From: an uncultured Actinomycetota bacterium
GTDB lineage: Bacteria > Actinomycetota > Actinomycetes > Mycobacteriales > Pseudonocardiaceae
Direction of reading: 5' to 3'
NCBI GenBank assembly: GCA_963762765.1
Contig: CAVXMR010000035.1
Location: 59,084 to 123,083 of the forward strand
DNA length: 64,000 nucleotides
In this document: one piece after another, positions 10,452 through 20,558 of the stretch
Layout: each line of letters begins with the position of its first letter
Numbering within the stretch: position 1 is the stretch's first letter
Notes under the pieces: generated by a model
Seen by the model: only the letters and a program-made list of their open reading frames with translations
Database searches by the model: none
What the model was told of the DNA's origin: nothing
Translations under genes and position numbers: made by a program

Positions 10452-10507
10452 GCCGTAACAGTGGCACAGGAATCCCGCTCCGGCTGGACCGTCTCGGGTT
10501 CGCAACC

Positions 10508-10546
10508 GACGACCCTTGGCCGGTCACCGAGGGACGTTCGGCACTT
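10508..10546. promoter_or_regulatory. DevR/DosR-like box(es) between kinase and Acg gene
   Basis: AGGGACGTTCGGCACTT at 10530-10546 with a weaker site upstream. Confidence 0.6.
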
Positions 10547-10622
10547 GGCCGTGGCTCCGGCGGAGCGGACGGTGAACCGACAGCGGCACCAGCCGCCCGA
10601 TCCACGTATCCGGAGCCGCCGT

Positions 10623-11513
10623 ATGAAGACCGGGGTCATGCCCGTCGGACACCTGACCGGGGAGCAGGTGCGCTCGGTGCTGCTCGCCGCGACCACCCCG
10701 CCACCGCTGGCGGGCGGGCGGCCGTGGCGTTTCCACTGCACGCCGGAGGCCATCGAGCTGTACGCGGATCCCGTCCCCGTGGCCTGGGACACCGGCTCCA
10801 GACACCGGGACCAGCTCCTGGACTGCGGCGCCGCGCTGCTGAACCTCCGGCTGGCGATCCGGGCGCAGGGGTGCTACCCGGACGTCCGGTTGTTCCCGGA
10901 GGCGAGCCGGCCGGAGTTGCTGGCCGTCGTGCGGCCACACGGGCGGGACCCGGCCGCGCCGGCCGATCAGCGGCTGGCGGACGCCGTCCAGCTCCGCCGG
11001 AGCAACCGGCGGCCCTTCACCGCCGCCACGGTGCTTCCTTCGGTGCAACGGGATCTGCGCCGGGCGGCCGAGATCGAGCGGGCCTGGCTCGCCACCGTCT
11101 CCCCGGCGCAGCAGCCGCAGCTGCGCGAGATCGTGCGGCATGCCTGGCAGGCGGAGCCGGTGGCCGATCTCGACGTCAAGCCCGACCGGCTGCTCGTGGT
11201 CATCGGCTCGCTGCACGACGTGCCGCTGTCCCGGCTCCAGGCCGGTCAGGCGCTGCAGCGAGTGCTGCTGACCGCGACCACCGCGGGTCTTTCCGCGGCG
11301 TTCCTGCCCCAGGTCGTCACGCCGATGACGCTGCGGCGGGAACTCCGGCAGCTGCTCGGAGGCGGTCTCTGGCCGCAGATCATGCTGCGGCTGGGCCACG
11401 GCGTGCCAGTGCCGCTGGGCGCGAGGGCCAGCCTGGAAGACGTCGTGACCAGCGACGAGCGCCCCTTCCGCGCTAGCCGGCTCGCCCCCGTTCCTCCTCG
11501 TGCACCGCGGTGA
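10623..11513 (+). CDS. Acg-family nitroreductase-like protein (divergent)
   Basis: [42 protein letters not shown]. Confidence 0.85.
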   Translation: MKTGVMPVGHLTGEQVRSVLLAATTPPPLAGGRPWRFHCTPEAIELYADPVPVAWDTGSRHRDQLLDCGAALLNLRLAIRAQGCYPDVRLFPEASRPELLAVVRPHGRDPAAPADQRLADAVQLRRSNRRPFTAATVLPSVQRDLRRAAEIERAWLATVSPAQQPQLREIVRHAWQAEPVADLDVKPDRLLVVIGSLHDVPLSRLQAGQALQRVLLTATTAGLSAAFLPQVVTPMTLRRELRQLLGGGLWPQIMLRLGHGVPVPLGARASLEDVVTSDERPFRASRLAPVPPRAPR

Positions 11514-12150
11514 CCAGGACGGCCGCCTGGGTCCGCCGCTCCAGGCCCAACTTGGCCAGCAACCGGGACACGTAGTTCTTCACGGTCTTCTCCGCGAGGA
11601 ACATCCGCTCGGCGATCTGCCGGTTGGTCAGGCTTTCCCCGAGCAGATCCAGGAGCGTGCGCTCCTGCTCGGTGAGACCGGCCAGCGGCCCCGGCTTCCC
11701 CTCGCCGGCCCGCAGATTGGCCATCAGCGCCGTGACGGCCCGGTCGTCCAGCAGGTTCGACCCCGCCCCGACCCGGCGGATCGCGTCGACCAGCTGCAGT
11801 CCCTCGATATCCTTGATCACGTAGCCGTCGGCACCCGCCTGGATCGCGCTGATCATCGCCCTTTCGTCGGTGAACGACGTCAGCATCAGGCAGTGCAGAT
11901 CCGGCAGCCTGGCACGCAGCTCGCGGCACAGCTCGACGCCGTTGCCGTCCGGCAGCCGGACGTCCAGCACGGCGACGTCCGGACGCAGCGCGGGCACCCT
12001 GGCCAGCGCGGCGGCGACGCAGGATGCCTGGCCGACGACCGTCATGTCGCCCTCGTCGTCCAGGATCTCGGCCACACCGCGGCGCACGAGCTCGTGGTCG
12101 TCCACCAGGAAGACCTTGATCACCCGCGGGTGGAGCACGTTGTCGACCAC
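11473..12150 (-). CDS. DevR/DosR-like response regulator
   Basis: [44 protein letters not shown]. Confidence 0.93.
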   Translation of the reverse strand: MVDNVLHPRVIKVFLVDDHELVRRGVAEILDDEGDMTVVGQASCVAAALARVPALRPDVAVLDVRLPDGNGVELCRELRARLPDLHCLMLTSFTDERAMISAIQAGADGYVIKDIEGLQLVDAIRRVGAGSNLLDDRAVTALMANLRAGEGKPGPLAGLTEQERTLLDLLGESLTNRQIAERMFLAEKTVKNYVSRLLAKLGLERRTQAAVLVTAVHEEERGRAG

Positions 12151-12169
12151 AGGCCCACGCTACGCCTGC

Positions 12170-12206
12170 TCGCCGAACGTCCCCGCAAGAAAGGTCCGAC
12201 GACTCT
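12170..12206. promoter_or_regulatory. Tandem DevR/DosR-like boxes
   Basis: GCCGAACGTCCCC (reverse complement GGGGACGTTCGGC) and AAGGTCCGACGACTCT between divergent genes. Confidence 0.55.
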
Positions 12207-12240
12207 ATCCACCGGGCGTGGGAGGGAGCACCGTCGCCGC

Positions 12241-12915
12241 ATGGCACAGACCCAGCACAGGGCCGATCACCAGCTCGAAGCCGCCATCCGCGACGAACTG
12301 GCCTGGACCCCCAGCGTCGACGCCGAAGAGATCGGAGTGACCGTCATCGACGGCGCGGCGACGCTGACCGGCACCGTCGGAACCTACCCGGAGCGGGAAG
12401 AGGCCCTCCGCGCGGCGACCCGCGTCCATGGCGTGACCGTGACCGGGGACCAGATCGTCGTACAGCACAAGGGAAGCGTCCCCCGGGACGCGGACCTGGC
12501 CCGCGAGGCAGCGATCGTCTTCGACCGCCGTACGGTCGTCATCCCGCGCGGGTCCGTACAGGTCGAGGTCAAGGACCACGTGCTCACGCTGCGGGGCTCG
12601 GTGGCCTGGCAGTACCAGCGTGAAGCCGCCCGGAACGCGGTCGCCATGCTGCCCGGGGTGAGCGGAGTGCGGAACCAGATCATGGTGAGGCCCTCGGCGG
12701 AGGTCCCGCCCGCCGAAACCCAGGGCCGGATCGCCGCGGCCCTGCGGCGGCACGCGCCATCGGAGGACCAGCACATCAACGTCGAGGTCACCGGTAGCCA
12801 CGTCACCCTCACGGGCACGGCTTCCTCTTCGACCGAACGCCGTGCAGCCGAACAGGCCGCCTGGTTCGCCATCGGCGTGACGGCGGTCGACAACCAGGTG
12901 ACGCTCGCCGGCTGA
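12241..12915 (+). CDS. Triple BON-domain protein
   Basis: Three repeats with TLTGTV/TLRGSV/TLTGTA and GVxxVxNQ; GGGAG RBS. Confidence 0.9.
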   Translation: MAQTQHRADHQLEAAIRDELAWTPSVDAEEIGVTVIDGAATLTGTVGTYPEREEALRAATRVHGVTVTGDQIVVQHKGSVPRDADLAREAAIVFDRRTVVIPRGSVQVEVKDHVLTLRGSVAWQYQREAARNAVAMLPGVSGVRNQIMVRPSAEVPPAETQGRIAAALRRHAPSEDQHINVEVTGSHVTLTGTASSSTERRAAEQAAWFAIGVTAVDNQVTLAG

Positions 12916-12930
12916 GCCGTCACCGATCCG

Positions 12931-12962
12931 GCCGGCACCTGCTCCCCCCGGCAGGTGCCGGC
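12931..12962 (+). terminator. GC-rich hairpin after BON gene
   Basis: GCCGGCACCTGC-N8-GCAGGTGCCGGC. Confidence 0.55.
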
Positions 12963-13002
12963 TCACCCGCGGCATGCCGCAGCAAGGGAGTTCCGGAGCG
13001 CC

Positions 13003-13863
13003 ATGAACATTCTCGTGATCGTCGTTGTCATCGCCGCGCTGCTGATCCTGCTGGCATCCGCGGTACGCATCGTCAAGCAGTACGAACGGGGTGTCCTGTT
13101 CCGGCTCGGCCGGGTCCTCGGTGTCCGCGAACCCGGGCTGCGGCTGATCATCCCGCTGGTCGACGTACTGCGCCGGGTCCCGCTGCGGATCATCACGCTG
13201 CCGATCCAGTCGCAGGGCATCATCACCCGCGACAACGTGAGCGTCGACGTGTCAGCGGTCGCCTACTTCCGGGTGATCGACGCGACCAAGTCCGTCGTCG
13301 CGATCGAAAACGTCTACGCCGCGATCGACCAGATCGCCCAGACGACCCTGCGGAAGGTCGTCGGCAGGCACACGCTCGACGAAACGCTGTCCGAGACCGA
13401 CAGCATCAATCTCGACATCCGCCGGATCCTCGACGTCACCACGCTCGACTGGGGTGTGGAAGTGACCCTGGTGGAACTGAAGGACATCCAGCTGCCCGAA
13501 AGCATGAAACGAGCCATGGCACGGCAAGCGGAGGCGGAGCGCGAAAAGCGCGCCAAGATCATCAGCGCCGAAGGGGAGTCGCTGGCCGCGGCCGCGCTCG
13601 GTGAGGCCTCGGACACCATGATGGCGCACCCGCTCGCGCTGCAGCTCCGCAACCTCCAGAGCCTCGTCGAACTCGGCGTCGACAAGAACACCACCGTCGT
13701 GTTCCCCGCCCCGCTGATGAGCACCATCGGCGAACTCGGCACCTTCCTCGCCAGGGAAACCGCCGCCGCCGGGACCATGCCAGCCGTCAAAGCCCCTGAA
13801 ACAGCCGCGATCGTGCCCTCGCCCTCGGCGGCGAACGGTTCGGCCGCACCCGGCGAGCTCTGA
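13003..13863 (+). CDS. SPFH/stomatin (slipin) family protein
   Basis: N-terminal TM, QYERGVLFRLGR, ITRDNVSV, AMARQAEAEREKRAK. Confidence 0.93.
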   Translation: MNILVIVVVIAALLILLASAVRIVKQYERGVLFRLGRVLGVREPGLRLIIPLVDVLRRVPLRIITLPIQSQGIITRDNVSVDVSAVAYFRVIDATKSVVAIENVYAAIDQIAQTTLRKVVGRHTLDETLSETDSINLDIRRILDVTTLDWGVEVTLVELKDIQLPESMKRAMARQAEAEREKRAKIISAEGESLAAAALGEASDTMMAHPLALQLRNLQSLVELGVDKNTTVVFPAPLMSTIGELGTFLARETAAAGTMPAVKAPETAAIVPSPSAANGSAAPGEL

Positions 13864-13922
13864 ACCCGGTCCTGCCCTCCCACCTGGTTGCCACGCGCAG
13901 CCGCTGTTCCGAAAGGCTCCGC

Positions 13923-15048
13923 GTGACCAAGTTCGGTTTCCTGAGTACCTATCCGCCGACGCTGTGCGGCCTTGCGTCGTTCACGGCTTCGCTTCGCGCG
14001 GCGTTGCCGCCAGGCGCCGCGGGCGGGGTGGTCCGAGCTGTCGAGTCCGGGAACTCCGCCGGCGTGCCGGGCGTGGTCGGCGACCTGGTCGCCGGCTCAG
14101 CGCCCAGCTGCCAGGACGCGGCCGTCCTGCTCGACCGGGAAGACGTCGTGATCGTGCAGCACGAGTACGGCATCTACGGGGGTGCGGACGGCGAGGACGT
14201 CCTGCGAGTCCTGGAACTGCTGCGTGTCCCGGCGATCGTGGTGCTCCACACCGTGCTCACCACACCGACACCGCACCAGCGCGAAGTGCTCAACGGCGTA
14301 CTCGCCGCCGCGACCGCGATCGTGGTGATGAGCGAGGCCGCGCGAGCCCGGCTCGTCGCCGGCTACGACGTCCCGGCCGGCCGGCTCTCGGTGATCCCCC
14401 ACGGCGCGGCCGACACGGACGGTGCGGCGCCTGCCCCGGCGCCGCACCGCAGCCAGCAGCGTCAGATCCTCACCTGGGGCCTGCTCGGCCCTGGCAAAGG
14501 CATCGAATGGGGCATCGAAGCGATGGCCCTGCTGCCCGCCCAGTGGCCGGAGCCGCGCTATCTGGTCGCCGGCCGGACCCATCCCAAAGTGCTTGCCCAG
14601 CAAGGGGAAAGCTATCGCCACTCGCTGCTGGTCCGGACCGAGCGGCTCGGCGTGGGTGATCGGGTCCGGTTCGACTCGCGCTACCTCGACGCCGTGTCGC
14701 TGCGCCGGCTGGTGGCCCGCGCCGAAGTCGTCCTCCTGCCCTACGACTCACGCGATCAGGTCACTTCCGGGGTGCTCATCGAGGCCGTCACCGCACGGAC
14801 GCCGGTGGTGGCGACCCGCTTCCCGCACGCCGTCGAACTGCTCTCCGGCGGCGCGGGAACACTCGTCGACCACCAGGACCCGGCGGCGATCGCGGCCGCG
14901 CTCCAGAAGATCCTGACCGACCGGGTCGACGGCGACGGGGATGGCCGCGGCCGCCGGGATCGCCGCCCGCACCCTCGGCTGGACTTCGGTGGCGGAGCAG
15001 TACGCCAAGCTCGGCGCCGAAGTCGTGTCCGCCGCGGTCGTGGCATGA
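13923..15048 (+). CDS. Glycosyltransferase family 4, frameshift near 14927
   Basis: STYPPTLCGLASF, QHEYGIYGG, WGLLGPGKGIE, SGVLIEA; typical C-terminus LGWTSVAEQY is in a shifted frame ending TGA 15048. Confidence 0.82.
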
Positions 15049-16064
15049 TGCTGGACAGCCGCCACCTCCTGCGCCTGTCCGACGACGTCGGCCTCTTCGA
15101 GCACGCGTGCGGAGCCATCCCGCGCCGGGAGCACGGATACTGCCTCGACGACGCCGCCCGTGGCCTCGTGGTGCTGAGCCGCGAGCGGGGCCTCACCCCG
15201 GACCTGCTGCGGCTGCAGGAAACCCTGTTCGCGCTCACCGCGCACGCGCACCAGGACGGCTGTTTCCGCAACCGTCTCGGCTTCGACCGGAACTGGCAGG
15301 ACGACCCGGCCCTCGGTGACTGGTGGGGCCGGGCGCTCTGGGGACTCGGCAGCACGGCCGTCTATGCCGAACGAGCCTGGCTCCGCACGGAGGCGCGGTT
15401 CCTCTTCGACTCGGCGGCGCGCCGTCGGTCTCCTTCGCCGCGCGCGATGGTGTTCGCCGGACTGGGCGCCGCCGAGGTGCTCTTCCGGTTTCCGCAGGAC
15501 GAGCTGGCTCGTCACCTGCTCGGCGCCGCCGTCAAGGCGATCGGGCCGATCCCGCCCGGCCGCGACTGGCCGTGGCCGGAGCCCCGGCTGGCCTACGCCA
15601 ACGGCGCGGTCGCCGAGGTCCTGATCGCCGCCGGAGCCCTGCTGTCCGGACCGGAGGTGCTCGCCGACGGATTGCGCGTCCTCGACTGGCTGGTGGACCT
15701 GCAGACCCACGACGGCCGGTTGTCGGTGGTGCCCGCCGGGGGCTGGTCGCCGGCGGATGCGCCGCCGGGGTTCGACCAGCAGCCGATCGAGGTGGCCGCG
15801 CTCGCCGCGGCCTGCGCCCGCGCCCACGCCGTCACGGGCGCGCCCCGCTGGGCGTCCACAGTGGAGCTCGCCCGCACCTGGTACCTGGGCGCGAACGACG
15901 CGAACACGCCGTTGCTGGACCGGGACACCGGTGGCTGCGCCGACGGGCTTCGCGCCGACGGCGTCAACCGGAACCAGGGCGCCGAGTCGACGCTGGCGTT
16001 GCTGTCCACCTTTCAGCTCCCCCGGCTGCGGGCCGAGCGACTGTCCGCCATCGGTGTGTCGTGA
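15045..16064 (+). CDS. GT4-associated putative sugar-modifying protein
   Basis: DDVGLFEHA, GYCLDDAARG, FDQQPIE, NRNQGAESTLA; ATGA overlap with the GT4 stop. Confidence 0.75.
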   Translation: MMLDSRHLLRLSDDVGLFEHACGAIPRREHGYCLDDAARGLVVLSRERGLTPDLLRLQETLFALTAHAHQDGCFRNRLGFDRNWQDDPALGDWWGRALWGLGSTAVYAERAWLRTEARFLFDSAARRRSPSPRAMVFAGLGAAEVLFRFPQDELARHLLGAAVKAIGPIPPGRDWPWPEPRLAYANGAVAEVLIAAGALLSGPEVLADGLRVLDWLVDLQTHDGRLSVVPAGGWSPADAPPGFDQQPIEVAALAAACARAHAVTGAPRWASTVELARTWYLGANDANTPLLDRDTGGCADGLRADGVNRNQGAESTLALLSTFQLPRLRAERLSAIGVS

Positions 16065-17548
16065 TCGGCGAGACGCCGGGGCTGGTGACCCGGCACCCGG
16101 CCGGGTTCCGACCCGACCCCGGCCGGGTCGTGACCAAGCTGTTCGTGCCCGGTGAAGAAATCCCGGAGACCCGGTCGCGGGCGGGCGCGCTGATCGCGCG
16201 GGTCCTCGCGCTGCCGGAGAGTTCCGTCGAGTCGGCGCTGGAGCGCGTGCTGGCGGATTTCTCCGGGCGGCATCAGCAGTTCGCCGCGGTCCTCGAGCGG
16301 AACGCGTCGATCATGAGCCACCGGATCCCCGATCCGAGTTCCCTCAGCCCGCGACGCCGGCTGCTCCTCGGCGCGTGCTTCACCCACGAATACGCGGTCG
16401 AGGCTGCCGCACTGTGCAACCCCTCCCTCGTGCCGCATCCCCGCCAGGACGGGCTGGCGCCCGGGCAGCTGCGAGTGGTGCTCAGCCTGCGCGGCATCGG
16501 CGAAGGCCACATCTCGTCGATCGGTTTCGCCACCGGCATCCTCGGTCCGGGACTGCGTACCGCGTGGGATTCCCGGACCGGTCCGATCATCGCCGGCGAA
16601 CGCCAACAGGATTCGTGGAGCCGAAGCTGGCTTCGTGCGGCACTCGCGCACGAGGGATGCGTCAACGAAATCGCTGCCACCGTGATCGCAACCCTGCCGG
16701 ATCCCTTCGACCAGCACGATCTCGATCGCGGGCTGGCGGCGCTCGACCCGCATCTGCTCGAACGCGCTGGGGCGGGCGATACGACGCAGCGCATCCGCGC
16801 GCTCGCCGCCGCCAGCTACACGGTGGGTTTCCCCGGCGACAGCGATCTCGCGCAACGGCTCCTGTGGCCGATCAGCACGACCGAAAGCCACGGGATGGAA
16901 GACGCACGCTTCGTTCGCTTCACCGACGACACCGGCGAAACCCGCTACCGCGCAACGTACACCGCGTACGACGGCACCTCCGTGATGCCTCGTTTGCTGG
17001 AGAGCGCCGACCTGACGTCCTTCAGCGCGTTCGCTCTCACCGGGCCGGCGGCACGCAACAAGGGCATGGCATTGTTCCCCCGGCTCGTCGGTGGCAGGCA
17101 TCTCGCGTTGTGCCGCGGTGACGGGGAAACGACGAGCCTGGCGACCTCGCCCGACGGCCGGTCCTGGTCCGGCGAGGTGCCGCTGCACGGCCCGACGGCG
17201 GCCTGGGAGCTGCTGCAGGTCGGCAACTGCGGATCTCCCCTGGAAACCCGGGCGGGCTGGCTCGTGCTCACCCACGGCGTCGGGCCGATGCGGACCTACG
17301 CCATCGGCGCGCTGCTGCTCGACCTGGACGACCCGGCCCGGATCGTGGGCACGCTCCCCGAGCCGCTGCTCGTGCCGGACGACGACGAGCGTGAAGGGTA
17401 CGTGCCCAACGTCGTCTACTCCTGCGGCGGAATGATCCACGAAGACACACTGTGGCTGCCGTACGGCAGCAGCGACGCCAGGGTCGCGCTGGCCACCGCG
17501 CCGGTTGAAGACCTCCTCTCGCGGTTCGAAAAGGCCCACGGGGTGTAG
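16061..17548 (+). CDS. Glycoside hydrolase family 130 protein
   Basis: ALCNPS, GMEDARFVRF, NKGMALFPR, REGYVPNVVYSCG; GTGA overlap. Confidence 0.88.
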   Translation: MIGETPGLVTRHPAGFRPDPGRVVTKLFVPGEEIPETRSRAGALIARVLALPESSVESALERVLADFSGRHQQFAAVLERNASIMSHRIPDPSSLSPRRRLLLGACFTHEYAVEAAALCNPSLVPHPRQDGLAPGQLRVVLSLRGIGEGHISSIGFATGILGPGLRTAWDSRTGPIIAGERQQDSWSRSWLRAALAHEGCVNEIAATVIATLPDPFDQHDLDRGLAALDPHLLERAGAGDTTQRIRALAAASYTVGFPGDSDLAQRLLWPISTTESHGMEDARFVRFTDDTGETRYRATYTAYDGTSVMPRLLESADLTSFSAFALTGPAARNKGMALFPRLVGGRHLALCRGDGETTSLATSPDGRSWSGEVPLHGPTAAWELLQVGNCGSPLETRAGWLVLTHGVGPMRTYAIGALLLDLDDPARIVGTLPEPLLVPDDDEREGYVPNVVYSCGGMIHEDTLWLPYGSSDARVALATAPVEDLLSRFEKAHGV

Positions 17549-17561
17549 AATCGGTGTTACC

Positions 17562-17605
17562 GAGAGCATTTCGTGCGCGGGCAGCAGAGCCGGCGTCGTC
17601 CTCGG
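17562..17605 (+). promoter_or_regulatory. 44-nt conserved leader motif, copy A
   Basis: 33/44 positions identical with copies at 19654 and 28077. Confidence 0.75.
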
Positions 17606-17651
17606 CTCACTCCTCGTCGGTCGAATCGCGATCGGGACGGGAGTTTCGCCC

Positions 17652-18122
17652 ATGACGCCGGATCCGCCTACCCAGACCTGGGAACCGAGCTCCGCCGCCA
17701 CCCATCACCTGCTTCGGCTTCGCCTGAAGCCGAAGGACGCACCACCGAGCATTTTGGACGGTGCGTGGTGGCCGCGGTCGCGCGATCTGGCTACGGAACT
17801 GCCTTCACTGGTCGAAGTCCTCGCCATCCGACTCGGATACATCACTCGCGTCACGTACGTGACGACCGAATGGGACACTGCGCCGAGGCGGCTGGAGATC
17901 GGCGGTCACGTCGTCCGCCTGCACGGCCTCCGCGCCGTACCCGGAAACCTTGTGACCGTGACCGGGCCGGAACCACACCGGGTCAGCCTGCTGGTGGTCC
18001 CTCCGGGAGCACCCGAGGCAGCCGGTCACCACGCCCTCATCACCGCGTCCCGTCGCGACAATGACGACCGGGCAGAGGAAATCCTGGCCGCGTGCGGAAC
18101 TCTGGAGCTCAATTCCTCGTGA
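17652..18122 (+). CDS. DUF5994 family protein
   Basis: RLRLKP...LDGAWWPRSRDLATELP...LLVVPP. Confidence 0.85.
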   Translation: MTPDPPTQTWEPSSAATHHLLRLRLKPKDAPPSILDGAWWPRSRDLATELPSLVEVLAIRLGYITRVTYVTTEWDTAPRRLEIGGHVVRLHGLRAVPGNLVTVTGPEPHRVSLLVVPPGAPEAAGHHALITASRRDNDDRAEEILAACGTLELNSS

Positions 18123-18132
18123 GGAGACGGCC

Positions 18133-18660
18133 ATGTCCGTCACCACTCCACCCGTCAAAGCGCTCCTGTCCGACGGCGAAGTCGCCTGGGTCAGAAGGCT
18201 GGACCCCGGCGACGTCGTGGCCGTACTGGCGCTGCACGCGCGCCTGTCCGGGCGTGACCGGTACTTCTGGTTCTTCGGTCTGGGTACGGCCCGGCTGGGC
18301 AGGCTCGCGATGGAGCTCGCCCAGGATTCCGGGGTCGGGCACACGGCGGTTGGCTGCTTCGTGCACAACCGGCTGGTCGGTGTCGCGCGGTACGAGGTCC
18401 AGTCCGATCCGGCCGAGGCCGAGTTCGCACTGGTGGTGGACAGCCGCACGCGGACGTATGGCGTCGCCACGCTGTTGCTCGAGCAGCTCGTGGTCTCGGC
18501 GGGTCGCGAGGGCGTGCGGAGTTTCGTCGCCGACGTGCTGGCGCAGAACTCGCGGATGCTCGGCGTGTTCGCCGCGCTGGGCCTGCCGTACCACCTCGGC
18601 AGGGGGTGGCCGGAGCGCAAGATCGCTCTGTCGCTCACTCCCGCTGCGGAGCGTCCCTGA
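18133..18660 (+). CDS. GNAT acetyltransferase
   Basis: GAGGAG RBS; LVGVARY, AEFALVV, GVATLLLE, FVADVLAQNSRML. Confidence 0.85.
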   Translation: MSVTTPPVKALLSDGEVAWVRRLDPGDVVAVLALHARLSGRDRYFWFFGLGTARLGRLAMELAQDSGVGHTAVGCFVHNRLVGVARYEVQSDPAEAEFALVVDSRTRTYGVATLLLEQLVVSAGREGVRSFVADVLAQNSRMLGVFAALGLPYHLGRGWPERKIALSLTPAAERP

Positions 18661-19563
18661 TCTTGCCACCCGTGGATTTCGATGGCCCGCCGGATGGTTT
18701 CCTGACTGTCCCATGTGGACTGTCCGGCGAGTACCGGGCGCAGGTGCGGAAGCAGGGCTTCGCTGATCTCCCAGGTCGCCGAGTCCCACAGGCGGACGGG
18801 CTGTGGTCCACCCCGCAATAGGTGATGTCACGGCCTACCTTGAAGGTCGGTTCCGTGAACGTCGTGGGCCGCGCCCAGCTGAAACCCATGCCCTCGTCGC
18901 AGGAGACGTCGATGATGAGGCTGCCCGGCGCGAACGCGGCAAGGTCCTCCTCAATGAGGAAGGTCAGCGGGCGCCGCGGTGTCCTGCAGCACGCAGTTGA
19001 CGACGATATCGTGTTCGGCGAGGTATCCGGCCAGCGGTACCCGGCCTTCGAGGGTGAGCGCGTGACTGCGGCGGGGGTCGCCCGGGTTGTTCACGTCGTG
19101 GTCGAAGTGCACCATCGTCGCGGAATGGATCGGCGAGCTCGTTGTTCTTGTGGAAGACGGGCAGACTGAACGACCCTTCGCGGCTCGAATGGTTCATGGC
19201 CTCGAAGGCGATCACGGTCAGGTGCCGGTCGATGGCCAGCTGGGTCACTTTGTCGTCCTGGACGCAGTGCGGCCAGCCCCACAGCACCTGGCCGTCCCGC
19301 AATTCCGCGAAATCCTCAAGGAGCGGCTTCGCGAGCAGGATGACGTCACATTCCGCGATGAGCTGCTCACGGGAGCGGAATCCGGCGACGGAGCCCGTCA
19401 GCTGATCATCGGGTATGCCGAAGTGTTCGCCGTAGCCGTGTTCGAGGAAGATGCTCTCGCGAAGATCCGCGTCGATTCGCTCCAAGTGACGCGGGTGGAT
19501 CGGCAACCGGTGTTCGTTCTCTTTCCATGAATGCGCGATGACGCCGAGACTGAGCTGGTGCAC
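18650..19563 (-). pseudogene. N5-(carboxyethyl)ornithine synthase-like pseudogene
   Basis: KENEHRLPIHP, WGWPHCVQ, FHKNNELA, DIVVNCVLQD, DVSCDEGMGFSWA, VDHSP spread over several frames; central part missing. Confidence 0.8.
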
Positions 19564-19653
19564 GAAGGGCCCCTTTGCTAGATCCCAGTTTTAACACACA
19601 TCGGGGTCGTGATCCGTTGCCGCCGTATACCGGTGTAGGGTTGATAGTGATCT

Positions 19654-19697
19654 GAGAGCATTTCGCACGCGGGCGGTCAAGTCCGCGTCGTCCTCGG
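19654..19697 (+). promoter_or_regulatory. 44-nt conserved leader motif, copy B
   Basis: GAGAGCATTTCGCACGCGGGCGGTCAAGTCCGCGTCGTCCTCGG. Confidence 0.75.
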
Positions 19698-19742
19698 TCC
19701 CCAGGCCGGCCGGTGTCAGCGGCCGGGGACGGGAGCACCGAC

Positions 19743-20237
19743 ATGGAGTCGGGCCCGTACACCTCCAGCTCACCAGCGCGACTGCGATTGAAGCCGCGAG
19801 CTCCCATCACGGGGTACGTGGACGGCGCGTGGTGGCCCCGATCGCGGGACCTGCCCGCCGAACTGCCGGCACTGATCGAGAAGCTGGCCCTTCGGCTGGA
19901 TCAGGTCGAACGGGTCACCTACAACCTCACGGCCTGGCCGCCGACGCGCCGCCGCATCGTCATCGACGGCCGCGTCATCCGGCTGGAAGGGTTCCGTTCG
20001 CAGCATGCTGATACCGTTACGGTGATCGGCGGCTGGGACCGGCACCGCCTGGCGCTGCTGGTCGTCCCGCCGGAGACCGAAACGGTCCTCGCGCAGCAGA
20101 TCCTGATGACCGCCGCACACGCGGACAACATCGACGACATCGAGACCTTGCTCACCCGCCGTGTCCCGCAGGAACCGGCGGACACCGCCACCCAGCGATG
20201 GGAACTCGACGGCGGGCGTACTCCGATCTCTGCCTGA
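19743..20237 (+). CDS. DUF5994 family protein
   Basis: RLRLKP...VDGAWWPRSRDLPAELP...LLVVPP; C-terminal RWELDGG. Confidence 0.85.
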   Translation: MESGPYTSSSPARLRLKPRAPITGYVDGAWWPRSRDLPAELPALIEKLALRLDQVERVTYNLTAWPPTRRRIVIDGRVIRLEGFRSQHADTVTVIGGWDRHRLALLVVPPETETVLAQQILMTAAHADNIDDIETLLTRRVPQEPADTATQRWELDGGRTPISA

Positions 20238-20268
20238 CTCGAAGGGAATTCTCGTCATTACTCAACCC

Positions 20269-20484
20269 ATGGACAGTTCGCTGTTCAGCCACCCACCGGC
20301 CGAGCCGGCCGAGCACGAAGCTCTGACCTCGCCGCAGGGCGACCGGTACGGGAGCTTGTTCCTCGAGCCCACGTACCCGGGTATGCCCGAGCCGAGCGAC
20401 GAGGCCGACATCGAGCCGCCTCGGCGCCCCGCGCACCCCAGGACGCGCACCGACCGACCGTCGGGACGCCGCGCCGGCCGGTGA
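20269..20484 (+). CDS. Possible small Pro-rich protein
   Basis: ATG ORF filling the gap after DUF5994; no recognisable motif. Confidence 0.3.
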   Translation: MDSSLFSHPPAEPAEHEALTSPQGDRYGSLFLEPTYPGMPEPSDEADIEPPRRPAHPRTRTDRPSGRRAGR

Positions 20485-20496
20485 CTTGAGCCGCAG

Positions 20497-20547
20497 GACT
20501 CGTGAGTGGCAATGCCGGTTAAGAACCGGCCGCAACACTCACGAGTC
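20497..20547. repeat. CTCGTGAG palindromic repeat
   Basis: GACTCGTGAGTG...GCCGGTTAAGAACCGGC...CACTCACGAGTC between convergent ORFs. Confidence 0.85.
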
Positions 20548-20558
20548 TGGGCGGGGGC

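Noticed and set aside
9759-10622. Long N-terminal extension of the Acg ORF
   Set aside because: Antisense to the kinase; recognisable protein starts near 10623.
11500-12240. N-terminal extension of the BON ORF
   Set aside because: Antisense to the response regulator; RBS and ATG at 12241.
15323-16060. Extension of the GH130 ORF to 741 aa
   Set aside because: Out-of-frame overlap with the upstream gene; GTGA coupling at 16061 marks the start.
17562-17605. Calling the 44-nt motif a canonical ANTAR target
   Set aside because: Loops do not match the A1/G4 hexaloop rule; kept only as a hypothesis.
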